Below, piece after piece: positions 28,469 through 36,872 of a DNA stretch of 64,000 nt; the stretch's first letter is position 1, and every line of letters begins with the position of its first letter. The notes under the pieces are model-generated. The model searched no databases, was not told the DNA's origin, and was given only the letters and a program-made list of their open reading frames with translations. The DNA is from Candidatus Heimdallarchaeum aukensis. GTDB lineage: Archaea; Asgardarchaeota; Heimdallarchaeia; Heimdallarchaeales; Heimdallarchaeaceae. Made by a program: the position numbers and the translations under genes. The DNA is taken from positions 736,001-800,000 of the forward strand of contig CP084166.1 of NCBI GenBank assembly GCA_021513695.1. Direction: 5' to 3'.

Positions 28469-29800
28469 ATGAAGATAATATTGTTTAAAAATAAACAGCT
28501 TTTGTTTCATTTTTTACAGATATTATTGTCTGCATTTGGTATAGGATTAGCTCGGTTACTCTTACCTTTTCGAATAATAGAGCTAGGTGGAAGCGAATCA
28601 CTAGTTTCATTTTCCTCAGTTCTTTATGCAATTGGACAAATAGGAGGATTAATTATACTTTCTAAAATGAGTGGAAAAAGAAGAGAAGCTTTCTTTATAG
28701 TTATGTTAATGTGGTTTTCAAGTTTGACAATTATGTTTTTCCCTTTTCTTTTTACAGCCGTTGTTTCTAGATTTTTTGAGGGTTTAGGTTACGGTTTACT
28801 AGTTATTGCTATACTTAATTATGCTGAAAGTTTCTTCCAAGAAAATAAAGGAGAAGTTGTAGGAACTCTATTTGGGAGTATATTTTTAGGAGGAGCAATT
28901 GGACAAGGTTTGGCAGGTTTTTTTGAGGAAAAACTATTTGGTAGTGTTGTTAATTGGATATTGACACCATTTCAAATTGTTCTATTAGTTGGAATGTGCT
29001 TTACTTTCCTTTCACTTATACTTTCTATATTTCAACTAAAAGAAATCAAAAATAAGAAAATCTTTGAGATTACTAGTATCTCTCTCCCCCATTTCCATTT
29101 TAAGAATATTAAAAACATGTTCAAATATACACCATTTTTACTTCTGTTGCTTATTTATTCTCTCTACGATTTTGCACATGGTGTATATACACCAAATCTA
29201 CCTCTAGTTCTTTCAGATCATAATATTTCCAAAATCCATATCTCACTAATTTTTTTCACGGGAGACGCTGTCTGGGGAATTGCTCAAATATTTACTGGAA
29301 AACTTGTTGACAAATTAGGTTCTTGGATTCCTATGGGATTAAGTATGCTAATAAAAGGATTAGGAGTAGCTGGATACAATTTAATATATGTATGGATTGG
29401 TGTTCTTTTCCTTTTCATTATCGTTGGAATAGGCGAATCTTTAATGGAACCAGCGAGGAATATTGCTATACTCGATATAGAAAATTATTTTGATTCAAAG
29501 TTATCTAAAAATAAAGTTATTCACGAACATAAACACTTAAACATCTCAATAAGTAGAGGACAAGGTTTTACGTTTGGAGTTCATTCACATTTACATGAGC
29601 ATAAACCAAGTAAAGAATCAATTATTATGGGGCTCCAGTTGGTGGGGATACTTTCTTTTGCACTTGGGGGAATTGTTGGAAGTATCATAATAAACTTTGG
29701 AGGAACTGCAGAGTTTCTAATATATATTGGAGCAGTCGTGTTAATTATCTCATCACTTGTCGGAGGATTGGGCCAAATAATCAAAAAAAAGAAATTTTGA
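28469..29800 (+). CDS. MFS-type transporter
   Basis: 12-TM topology in two 6-TM halves separated by a central loop. Confidence 0.65.
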   Translation: MKIILFKNKQLLFHFLQILLSAFGIGLARLLLPFRIIELGGSESLVSFSSVLYAIGQIGGLIILSKMSGKRREAFFIVMLMWFSSLTIMFFPFLFTAVVSRFFEGLGYGLLVIAILNYAESFFQENKGEVVGTLFGSIFLGGAIGQGLAGFFEEKLFGSVVNWILTPFQIVLLVGMCFTFLSLILSIFQLKEIKNKKIFEITSISLPHFHFKNIKNMFKYTPFLLLLLIYSLYDFAHGVYTPNLPLVLSDHNISKIHISLIFFTGDAVWGIAQIFTGKLVDKLGSWIPMGLSMLIKGLGVAGYNLIYVWIGVLFLFIIVGIGESLMEPARNIAILDIENYFDSKLSKNKVIHEHKHLNISISRGQGFTFGVHSHLHEHKPSKESIIMGLQLVGILSFALGGIVGSIIINFGGTAEFLIYIGAVVLIISSLVGGLGQIIKKKKF

Positions 29801-29894
29801 AGATTCGTAAATTAAATATTAATAGTAAAAAGTTCAAACCATTACAAGGAGAAAACTTAACTTTTTTATTTAATAAAGAATAAATTCAAGATTT

Positions 29895-30416
29895 TTATTT
29901 AACAATACCTTTTTCTAGAAGGGTTTCAAAATCCTCTTTATTCTTCTTTTTCTCTTCTAACTCTTCTACAAATCTTTTTCCGACTTTCGAGGGTTTCTTA
30001 TCTTCTCTTACATTTTTTATGAAAACAAAAACCGAAGCTAGTTGAAATAGAATAGTTACTCCTACAACTATCCATTTTAATAAATCTCTATATTGATCAC
30101 TCATTTTGGTAAAGAATAGGATGTAAATCGCAATTGGAAGATAAAAAACTGAAACTACTAAAATAGGAACTCCAAAAATTGAATAAACAAGTTCATTCCA
30201 AATGTAAGCAAATGTTGATCCTTTTCCTGTTGAAGTTACGAAATTAATTAGTTTATAAGTAAGAACCATAAAGGAAATTATTCCTATAACTGCTACTAAA
30301 ACAATTCTTATTGTGTTTCCACCTACTATAAACAGTGTGAATGAAACAACAAGAGCAAGTATCAAAAGAATTAACTTATCTCTTTTTCTTTTTTTAGCAG
30401 AATTATAACTTATCAT
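29895..30416 (-). CDS. membrane protein (4 TM) with charged C-terminal tail
   Basis: Based on hydrophobicity pattern only. Confidence 0.4.
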   Translation of the reverse strand: MISYNSAKKRKRDKLILLILALVVSFTLFIVGGNTIRIVLVAVIGIISFMVLTYKLINFVTSTGKGSTFAYIWNELVYSIFGVPILVVSVFYLPIAIYILFFTKMSDQYRDLLKWIVVGVTILFQLASVFVFIKNVREDKKPSKVGKRFVEELEEKKKNKEDFETLLEKGIVK

Positions 30417-30619
30417 TACAACAAATCGAATGCTTTTTACTTCAATTTAAACTTATCTTTTCAAAGTTGATTCTTTTTAGCAGTTTTAAAATAATACTAA
30501 ACATACATTTTTTTCCCGACAATAATATTGACGTATTACAATTACTTTAAAAACTAATTTCTAGAATATAATTTTAGCCGACAAAAATGCTGTCAATAAA
30601 ATACAGGTGACATTTAAAA

Positions 30620-30841
30620 ATGAAGTTAGAAAATGGTTTATTCTTTGTATTGGATGCTGGTGAAGATAAATATATCTTTACTAAGCGAAAGGAAGCTATC
30701 GCCAAAATAAAAGAAGTAGTAAAAAATGGTGGCGGGCAAGAAACTAAGTTATTAGCAATAGATTGCCAAAATGATAAGTGGGCAATCACACAGGTTCCTT
30801 GGCAGGAAATAGCCTTTGAACTAATTAAAGAAGAGAAATAA
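30620..30841 (+). CDS. small soluble protein (73 aa), first gene of an operon with the ParB-like gene
   Basis: A GGTGA RBS-like sequence lies 8-10 nt upstream. The product looks globular. The antisense ORF 30574..30873 is low-complexity and was rejected. Confidence 0.35.
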   Translation: MKLENGLFFVLDAGEDKYIFTKRKEAIAKIKEVVKNGGGQETKLLAIDCQNDKWAITQVPWQEIAFELIKEEK

Positions 30842-30889
30842 AGAGAGATAGCATATTTTGTCATGTGTTCCAACAGGAGATGACAAAAA

Positions 30890-31972
30890 TTGGAAATTGC
30901 AGAAATAGAAATAAAGAAAATTACTCCTAGTCCATTCCAGCCTCGAGAAACTTTTGATAAAGAGGCTTTAGAAGAACTTGCTGAATCAATAAATGAATTC
31001 GACTTATTGAATCCTATTTTAGTAAGGAGAACGGGAGAAGATTCTTATCAAATTATAGCAGGAGAACGTCGATGGAGAGCAGCTCAATTTGCAGGTTTAA
31101 AAAAGATCTCTGCAATTATTAAAGATATAGATGAAGATAGGCAAAAAATCGAATCACTTATTGAAAATGTTCACCGTCGAGACTTATTGATGATCGAAAA
31201 AGGGAGAGGAGTTTTAGAGATTTTTAGAGCTTATGGTTTTCACTTATCACCAAAAAATCTTGCTAATTTAATTAACAGTATAGAACGAAAGAAATCTAAA
31301 AACATTGCCTTAATTCCTACAGAAGAGCAAATAGATAACATAATCAAAAAGATACATGTTAAACCTAACACCATCAGATTATGGTTAGAAGCTGCTTCAG
31401 TCAACCCTGAAATCATAGAGCAAGAATTGAAGAAGCCAGATGATGAAAGAATTCCTGAAAGAATTTTATCAAGATTAAGCACTATCCAAGATGATGAACT
31501 TCAAAAGAAAGCTTATACCAAAATAATTGACCTTAATTTAAATAAAGATGAAGCTTCTAAATTTGTCTCCACAATCAAAAAACTTCCAAAAGAAGAGCAA
31601 GAAGCTGTTTTAACTAAAGGAGTACCTGTTGAAATCGTTGGAAATAAGGAAACAGGTTACTCAATTGAAGTGCCTAAAGAGAAAATAGAAGAAGTCAAAA
31701 AAACAATTGAGGTAAAGAAGAGCGCTGAAGTTTTACTTTCGCCTATAAAAGAGGAAAGACAAAGACATAGAAAGAATGTTGTCGCACATCAGAAGCTTCT
31801 TGAGCTTTTAGACGACTTATTCTGTCCCTTTACTGGTCAAAAAGCTTCTACTCACTTAAGGTGGATTTCAGACCCAAAAAAAACCTTAGAAGAAGCTTTA
31901 GAACAAGCTAAAAAGAATCTTGAAGATGCAGAAAAGAGAGAAAAAGCTGACCCTAGATTTATCGAAGAATAA
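30890..31972 (+). CDS. ParB/Srx N-terminal nuclease-like domain protein with long K/E-rich C-terminal region
   Basis: ParBc motifs (ILVRRTGEDSYQIIAGERRWRAA, an IENVHR box). There is no recognisable ParB HTH or dimerisation domain. Confidence 0.7.
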   Translation: MEIAEIEIKKITPSPFQPRETFDKEALEELAESINEFDLLNPILVRRTGEDSYQIIAGERRWRAAQFAGLKKISAIIKDIDEDRQKIESLIENVHRRDLLMIEKGRGVLEIFRAYGFHLSPKNLANLINSIERKKSKNIALIPTEEQIDNIIKKIHVKPNTIRLWLEAASVNPEIIEQELKKPDDERIPERILSRLSTIQDDELQKKAYTKIIDLNLNKDEASKFVSTIKKLPKEEQEAVLTKGVPVEIVGNKETGYSIEVPKEKIEEVKKTIEVKKSAEVLLSPIKEERQRHRKNVVAHQKLLELLDDLFCPFTGQKASTHLRWISDPKKTLEEALEQAKKNLEDAEKREKADPRFIEE

Positions 31973-31985
31973 TCTTCTCTTTTTT

Positions 31986-33083
31986 TTAAGGTATAATTTC
32001 AGTCGTATTATTGTATTTAGGATAGTTCAAATCCTCTTTTCTTATAATTCCATTTTCTATTAATTTTTCAACATCTGGTTTTATTTTTTTCAATTCAGAG
32101 ATAAGATGCTTTACTGTTCTACAGACTTTAGCAAAACCTTCTTCTCCCCATAACTTTGTTTTGTTTGCAAAAAGACACCTTCCTCCACACAAATCATATA
32201 CTTCACAACTTAAACAAGGTTCTTCTATCAATACAGAGTTTAGAACATCAGAAGGCTTATTCTCTTTAATGTTTCCTACCACTGAAAATTCATATTCTGG
32301 AGGAAGAGGACAAACTGTTATAACTCCATCAGTTCTTACAGCAAAACTTGTTAATCCTGCTTGACATGGAAGAGAAGTTTTCTTATCGTTTAAAATATTC
32401 CAAAAAATACCCAAAAAAGGAACTATTCCGAGAATTTTTCCTTTTTTCATCTCTTTTAACCAATAATTAACTAATTTCGATATACCATTATTGTAATTTA
32501 TGATCCAACTATCCAGATCTTTCCACCTGGTGTGTTCTATATCATCCCATAAAACATCAAGTTGCCAATGAACATGGTTAAATCCTAACTCTTCATCATT
32601 CAGTAAGAAATATACATCCCGAAAAATGTCTGCTGTTTCAGAAACTGCCATTCTTGCTATTAAATCTCCTTTAAATCCTTTTTCCCTTATAATCCTGATA
32701 TTATCCTTTATTTTATCAAAAACTCCTTCTCCTCTGTTAGCATCTGTAATTTCCTTATCACCATCAATAGATATTAGAATTGTTGAAAATCGCAGTAAAT
32801 ACTCTTTAGATAACTTGTTTAAAAGCCATCCGTTAGTCTGAATTGTGTAATGTTCCGCATGGATCTCATCCATTACTTCTTTAATCAGTTTTAGATTAAG
32901 TAGTGGTTCTCCGCCATAAAAAGCTATAGTAGGATTAGGATCTTGAGAAATAAAATTCTTCAATTGTTTGATATCCCAGCTTGCATTAACTGGTAAATCG
33001 GGATGGGGTTCATTTTGGCAATATTGACAGTAGAAATTGCACCTATTTGTCGTTACTAAAAACCAGTTCATTCTTACTTTCAC
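31986..33083 (-). CDS. radical SAM enzyme with C-terminal SPASM/twitch domain (anSME-like maturase)
   Basis: An N-terminal CNFYCQYC (Cx3Cx2C) cluster. The C-terminal Cys cluster is CQAG...C, CLSCEVYDLCGGRC, then C. Confidence 0.8.
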   Translation of the reverse strand: MKVRMNWFLVTTNRCNFYCQYCQNEPHPDLPVNASWDIKQLKNFISQDPNPTIAFYGGEPLLNLKLIKEVMDEIHAEHYTIQTNGWLLNKLSKEYLLRFSTILISIDGDKEITDANRGEGVFDKIKDNIRIIREKGFKGDLIARMAVSETADIFRDVYFLLNDEELGFNHVHWQLDVLWDDIEHTRWKDLDSWIINYNNGISKLVNYWLKEMKKGKILGIVPFLGIFWNILNDKKTSLPCQAGLTSFAVRTDGVITVCPLPPEYEFSVVGNIKENKPSDVLNSVLIEEPCLSCEVYDLCGGRCLFANKTKLWGEEGFAKVCRTVKHLISELKKIKPDVEKLIENGIIRKEDLNYPKYNNTTEIIP

Positions 33084-33238
33084 TTGAAAAAATTTCTAGA
33101 TATTTAAAAGTGCTTTTAATTGGTCACTCCTACATATTACCTACATATTATCACAGATTAAGTTATCAAATAAAATAAATTGAATTAGGATTTAAACCTT
33201 CAAAATTAGAGGTTAATCTAAACTTAAAAGAATAATAT

Positions 33239-34219
33239 GTGATGCGTTTGAAAATAATCATTACAACAGAAACTGGAGAATTGCTATTTTCATATGATTC
33301 CTTTACTGAAAATAGAAAATACGATAACGTACTGATTACTGGGTTGATTTCTGCAATTGTGGTTCTATCCAATGAAGTAGTTAGTTCTTTTCCAAGAGAA
33401 ATCGAATTTGAAGGAAAAATTCTTTATTTTTATAGAGAAAATGAATTTATAGCAGCTTTACTTGCAGATATAGAGTCACCTTTTAATGGTAGTATTCTTC
33501 CAGTTATTTTAGGAGAATTTAAGAAAGTACAAGAAAAACATGGCTTTCCTACACATAAAGCAATGAGATATGACAAAGAAATTGCTTATGCAGTAAAAGA
33601 TTGTTTAGCCATGTATTTAGCAAACATGCAGAAAAAGATGGTCAAATTATTAGATGACACAGATGTAGCGGATTACAATTCAATTATAAAAGTTAAAGCT
33701 GTAGCTAAAGATTTTTTGAAAGATGCAGCTCAATTTTTGCCTATTGATTTAATTTGCAGAATGATTCCTGATGGAATGGATAAAATTCTTTATAGTTTGA
33801 TTGTAGGTATTCCTATTGTAATTTCAGGAAACAAAGATATTGTTGAGCAGTTAATTAATAGTCTAAGAATGCTTTGTCCTACAAGAATTTTAAAAATAAA
33901 ATTTTGGTCAGACAAATATATTACAGGATATGACATTATAGGAACAAATGACATAAAAATAGTTAAACCTTCACTTTATCAATTGTACATTGATATTAAT
34001 AACGGAATAGTTTTAGGGGGTAAATCATCACAATATTTCAAAGATATTGAATGTCAAATATGTAATCTAAATACTGTAGAAGCTTTTAACTTCATAAGAA
34101 GCGAGTTGAATTGGATTTTCCAAGCATTCGAAGAATTAAAAATAGATGTTTTTTCTAAAAAATCACTACCACTTGAAAAACAGCTAATTTTGTTTGAACT
34201 TTTAAAAAGGTTACATTAA
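33239..34219 (+). CDS. hypothetical protein with N-terminal longin/roadblock-like fold
   Basis: Residues 1-100 show a beta-alpha-beta-beta pattern (KIIITTETGELLFSY / ITGLISAIVVLSNEV / GKILYFYRENEFIAALLAD). The remaining ~220 aa are unassigned. Confidence 0.4.
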   Translation: MMRLKIIITTETGELLFSYDSFTENRKYDNVLITGLISAIVVLSNEVVSSFPREIEFEGKILYFYRENEFIAALLADIESPFNGSILPVILGEFKKVQEKHGFPTHKAMRYDKEIAYAVKDCLAMYLANMQKKMVKLLDDTDVADYNSIIKVKAVAKDFLKDAAQFLPIDLICRMIPDGMDKILYSLIVGIPIVISGNKDIVEQLINSLRMLCPTRILKIKFWSDKYITGYDIIGTNDIKIVKPSLYQLYIDINNGIVLGGKSSQYFKDIECQICNLNTVEAFNFIRSELNWIFQAFEELKIDVFSKKSLPLEKQLILFELLKRLH

Positions 34220-34278
34220 AATTTCAATTACGAAAAAACTATTAATAACCATTTTTAATTTAGATTAAACTTTAAATA

Positions 34279-34599
34279 GTGATGATTGTGGAGAAAAAAT
34301 CTAAAACTACTATAAAAAAATGGATTTCAAATTTAGATATCAGAAAATTAAGTTTTAGAGGAAAACTCATAATAATTATTTCATTTCTCCTTATCAGTTC
34401 TGCAATCATAATTAATTACATCAATAACTTTCAAGGAAAGATAGTAAAATATTCTGTTTGGATTCTTTTCGGTTGGTTTTTTCTCATAATAATTTTCTAT
34501 ATATCAATTAAACTACTCTCATTCACAGTTCTACGAAATAAGCAACAAAAGTTAAAAGAAGAAATAGAAAGTGATAAATTTGATCAGAGTAAAGATTAA
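34279..34599 (+). CDS. small 2-TM membrane protein (106 aa)
   Basis: GTG followed by ATG start. Two hydrophobic helices. The stop overlaps the next gene. Confidence 0.4.
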   Translation: MMIVEKKSKTTIKKWISNLDIRKLSFRGKLIIIISFLLISSAIIINYINNFQGKIVKYSVWILFGWFFLIIIFYISIKLLSFTVLRNKQQKLKEEIESDKFDQSKD

Positions 34600-34900
34600 A
34601 CCAAAAATTGCACACGTTGTTTTTGAAATTATAGCACTACTTGCAGCCATTGCAGGTTCTCTTTACATTGCTTCTATTGCTAATAAAATTGTATTATGGA
34701 TTTTTGAGACAATAATTGTCATTGTTCTGCTTTTCTTTGGTGGAAAGAGTATATACAATAAAATGAAACCATTTTATGTTTCAGCTCCCTTAAGAGAAGA
34801 CATGATAAAGGATCAAGAAGGTAGAAAGAGAATAATAACAGAACCTACAAAAAGAGGATTAACCAATGAAGACAAAGAAATTCAAAAAAATGACGAATAG
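34571..34900 (+). CDS. small 2-TM membrane protein (109 aa)
   Basis: GTG start overlaps the previous gene's end. Two hydrophobic helices and a charged tail. Confidence 0.4.
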   Translation: MINLIRVKIKPKIAHVVFEIIALLAAIAGSLYIASIANKIVLWIFETIIVIVLLFFGGKSIYNKMKPFYVSAPLREDMIKDQEGRKRIITEPTKRGLTNEDKEIQKNDE

Positions 34901-35096
34901 AGAATATTCAAGAGTCTATGCTACTGTTTTTCTTTTAATAATTAGTTTTCCTGTTGTTTTTATATCACAAAAATATATAGTTCCTTTTTTAGGAAATTAT
35001 GAAACAATTTATTGGTTTAGCGTTTTTTTATTACTTTCTTTTACTTTTCCCTTATTTAATTCAATTTTTTCAAAGATCATAGATAAAGAAAAATGA
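34866..35096 (+). CDS. small 2-TM membrane protein (76 aa)
   Basis: ATG start overlaps the previous gene's end. Basic N-terminus and two helices. Confidence 0.4.
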   Translation: MKTKKFKKMTNREYSRVYATVFLLIISFPVVFISQKYIVPFLGNYETIYWFSVFLLLSFTFPLFNSIFSKIIDKEK

Positions 35097-35181
35097 ATTA
35101 AACAATTCCCGACATTAATCGCAAAATAATGATTGGTGTAAGACACACATTTATATACCCTAATAAGGATATATTCAAAAA

Positions 35182-35400
35182 ATGACTGAAAGAATTATCC
35201 CTTTAATCTCACATTGTAAACAAGAAAAGATATCTATTTCACTACTTCTTTCTTCTTTAAGACTAATAGAAAAAGGCTTGATAAGAAAACAGTCTGAACT
35301 TAATGAATATCTCAAAAGAAGAGCAAAATATGAACCTCGAATCTTGAAAGATATTGAAAAAGTAGAAAGGTTGATTGTTGAAAGTAATATCATCAAATAA
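35182..35400 (+). CDS. small protein (72 aa), possible regulator
   Basis: Preferred over the overlapping antisense ORF 35175..35396, which is low-complexity. Confidence 0.3.
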   Translation: MTERIIPLISHCKQEKISISLLLSSLRLIEKGLIRKQSELNEYLKRRAKYEPRILKDIEKVERLIVESNIIK

Positions 35401-35405
35401 TTAAA

Positions 35406-36782
35406 TCATTCTATAACTTTCTTTCTTTTAGCATATTGTATCAGCATTTTAATGGCATAAGCAGCTTCTCGTGGATTTAGAAATATGGGACTACTTTCTT
35501 TTTTGGCTATTCTCTTAGATTCATTTAACAAATTTCCACTCATGAATATGGGAATTATAGGTTTCTTTCTACCTGTTTCATTCCACGCTCTAATAACTCC
35601 TTCATAATGTTCTGATGTGGTCATTCCTAAAAATGTGGGTATTACTGCAATTGGAACAACAATATCAATGTTAGGATCTTCTAGCATTGCTTTAGTTACT
35701 TCATAGTACTCTTTTCCAGTTGCTCCTGCTATCATATCCAGAGGATTAACCTTTTTTACTAAAGGAATCAAAAAAGGATCAATTTTCTCTTTGAACTCTT
35801 CAGTAAATGTGGCTAGTTTTAGTCCGAAATCATCCGCAAAATCACTGAACATCACTGCACTTCCTCCACTATTTGTTAGTACTCCTATTTTTTCGCCTTT
35901 AGGAAGTGGAAGAAATGAAAAAGCTTTAATTGCAGCAATGTAATCTGTGATACTTTCACACATTATGGCTCCTGCTTGTTTAACTGCTGTTTTTAGAGAA
36001 CTATAGTCTGTAGCCATAGAACCTGTATGGCTTGAAGCTGCTCCCATTCCAGTAGCAGTTCTTCCTCCTTTAAGTACAACAACGGGTTTATCTTTTGCTA
36101 CTTCATGTAGTTCTTCATAAAATACTCTTCCATCAACAACATTTTCTAAATAAATAGTTACCACTTTTGTGTTTTCATCTTCCTTATAGAACCTTAAAAC
36201 ATCTGTTAAATTTATGTCTGCCATATTTCCTAAATTTGCAAATTTAGAGAATCCTAATCCTTGCCAAACCATTTCATACAAAACTATTGCCCCAACTGAA
36301 CCTGATTGTGTAATCATGCTTACATTTCCTTTAGGTGGGGTTTGAATGAATGATGCATTCATTCCTATATCTACATTTTGTATTCCTACACAGTTAGGTC
36401 CTATTAACCTTATTCCTGCATCTTTCAATTTTTGAGATAACTGTTCTTGCACTTTTCTTCCTTCTTCATTAATTTCTGCAAAACCAGCAGTTACGATAAT
36501 AATCCTCTTAACTTTTTTCTCTATACATTCATCGACAACATGAGGAACAATCTTTGCAGGAACAAGTAAAATCGCTAAATCGATCTCATCTGGTATTTCT
36601 AGTACAGACTTATATGCTTTTAATCCTCCAATAGTTTCAGCTTTAGGATGAACAGGACACAATTTTGCTTTCAGATCTTTATTCTCCATTAAGTTAGCTG
36701 TTACAGCATGTCCAAACTTTTTTTCATTATCTGTCGCACCAATAATTGCAATAGAATCTGGATAGAAAAACTTCCTAGTCAT
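35406..36782 (-). CDS. acetyl-CoA synthetase (ADP-forming) alpha subunit / CoA-binding + succinyl-CoA-synthetase-like domains
   Basis: N-terminal CoA-binding Rossmann (SIAIIGATDNEKKFGH) and SCS-alpha-like flavodoxin domains. A phosphohistidine-loop context is present. Confidence 0.75.
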   Translation of the reverse strand: MTRKFFYPDSIAIIGATDNEKKFGHAVTANLMENKDLKAKLCPVHPKAETIGGLKAYKSVLEIPDEIDLAILLVPAKIVPHVVDECIEKKVKRIIIVTAGFAEINEEGRKVQEQLSQKLKDAGIRLIGPNCVGIQNVDIGMNASFIQTPPKGNVSMITQSGSVGAIVLYEMVWQGLGFSKFANLGNMADINLTDVLRFYKEDENTKVVTIYLENVVDGRVFYEELHEVAKDKPVVVLKGGRTATGMGAASSHTGSMATDYSSLKTAVKQAGAIMCESITDYIAAIKAFSFLPLPKGEKIGVLTNSGGSAVMFSDFADDFGLKLATFTEEFKEKIDPFLIPLVKKVNPLDMIAGATGKEYYEVTKAMLEDPNIDIVVPIAVIPTFLGMTTSEHYEGVIRAWNETGRKKPIIPIFMSGNLLNESKRIAKKESSPIFLNPREAAYAIKMLIQYAKRKKVIE

Positions 36783-36872
36783 TGTTCTTTTTAGAAATTG
36801 TGTCCTTTTAATTTTTTCTTATTGAACTAAAAAAAGAGTGAAAAAGAGTTTTCAAAATATTAAGACGATTTT

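Noticed and set aside
30574-30873. 99-aa minus-strand ORF overlapping the 73-aa plus-strand ORF
   Set aside because: The plus-strand ORF has an RBS-like GGTGA and a globular-looking product. The minus-strand product is Ser/Phe-rich and implausible.
33166-33372. 68-aa ORF as a RiPP precursor for the radical SAM/SPASM enzyme
   Set aside because: It has a TTG start, no cysteines or recognisable leader/core, and overlaps the 5' end of 33239..34219. It is mentioned in a finding but not called as a feature.
33239-34219. Possible circularly permuted GTPase (GNKD followed ~65 aa later by GIVLGGKS)
   Set aside because: No G2/G3 (DxxG) motif follows the P-loop-like segment. The match is probably coincidental.
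35175-35396. 73-aa minus-strand ORF overlapping 35182..35400
   Set aside because: Its composition is less protein-like than the plus-strand alternative. Only one can be real, and I kept the plus strand at low confidence.
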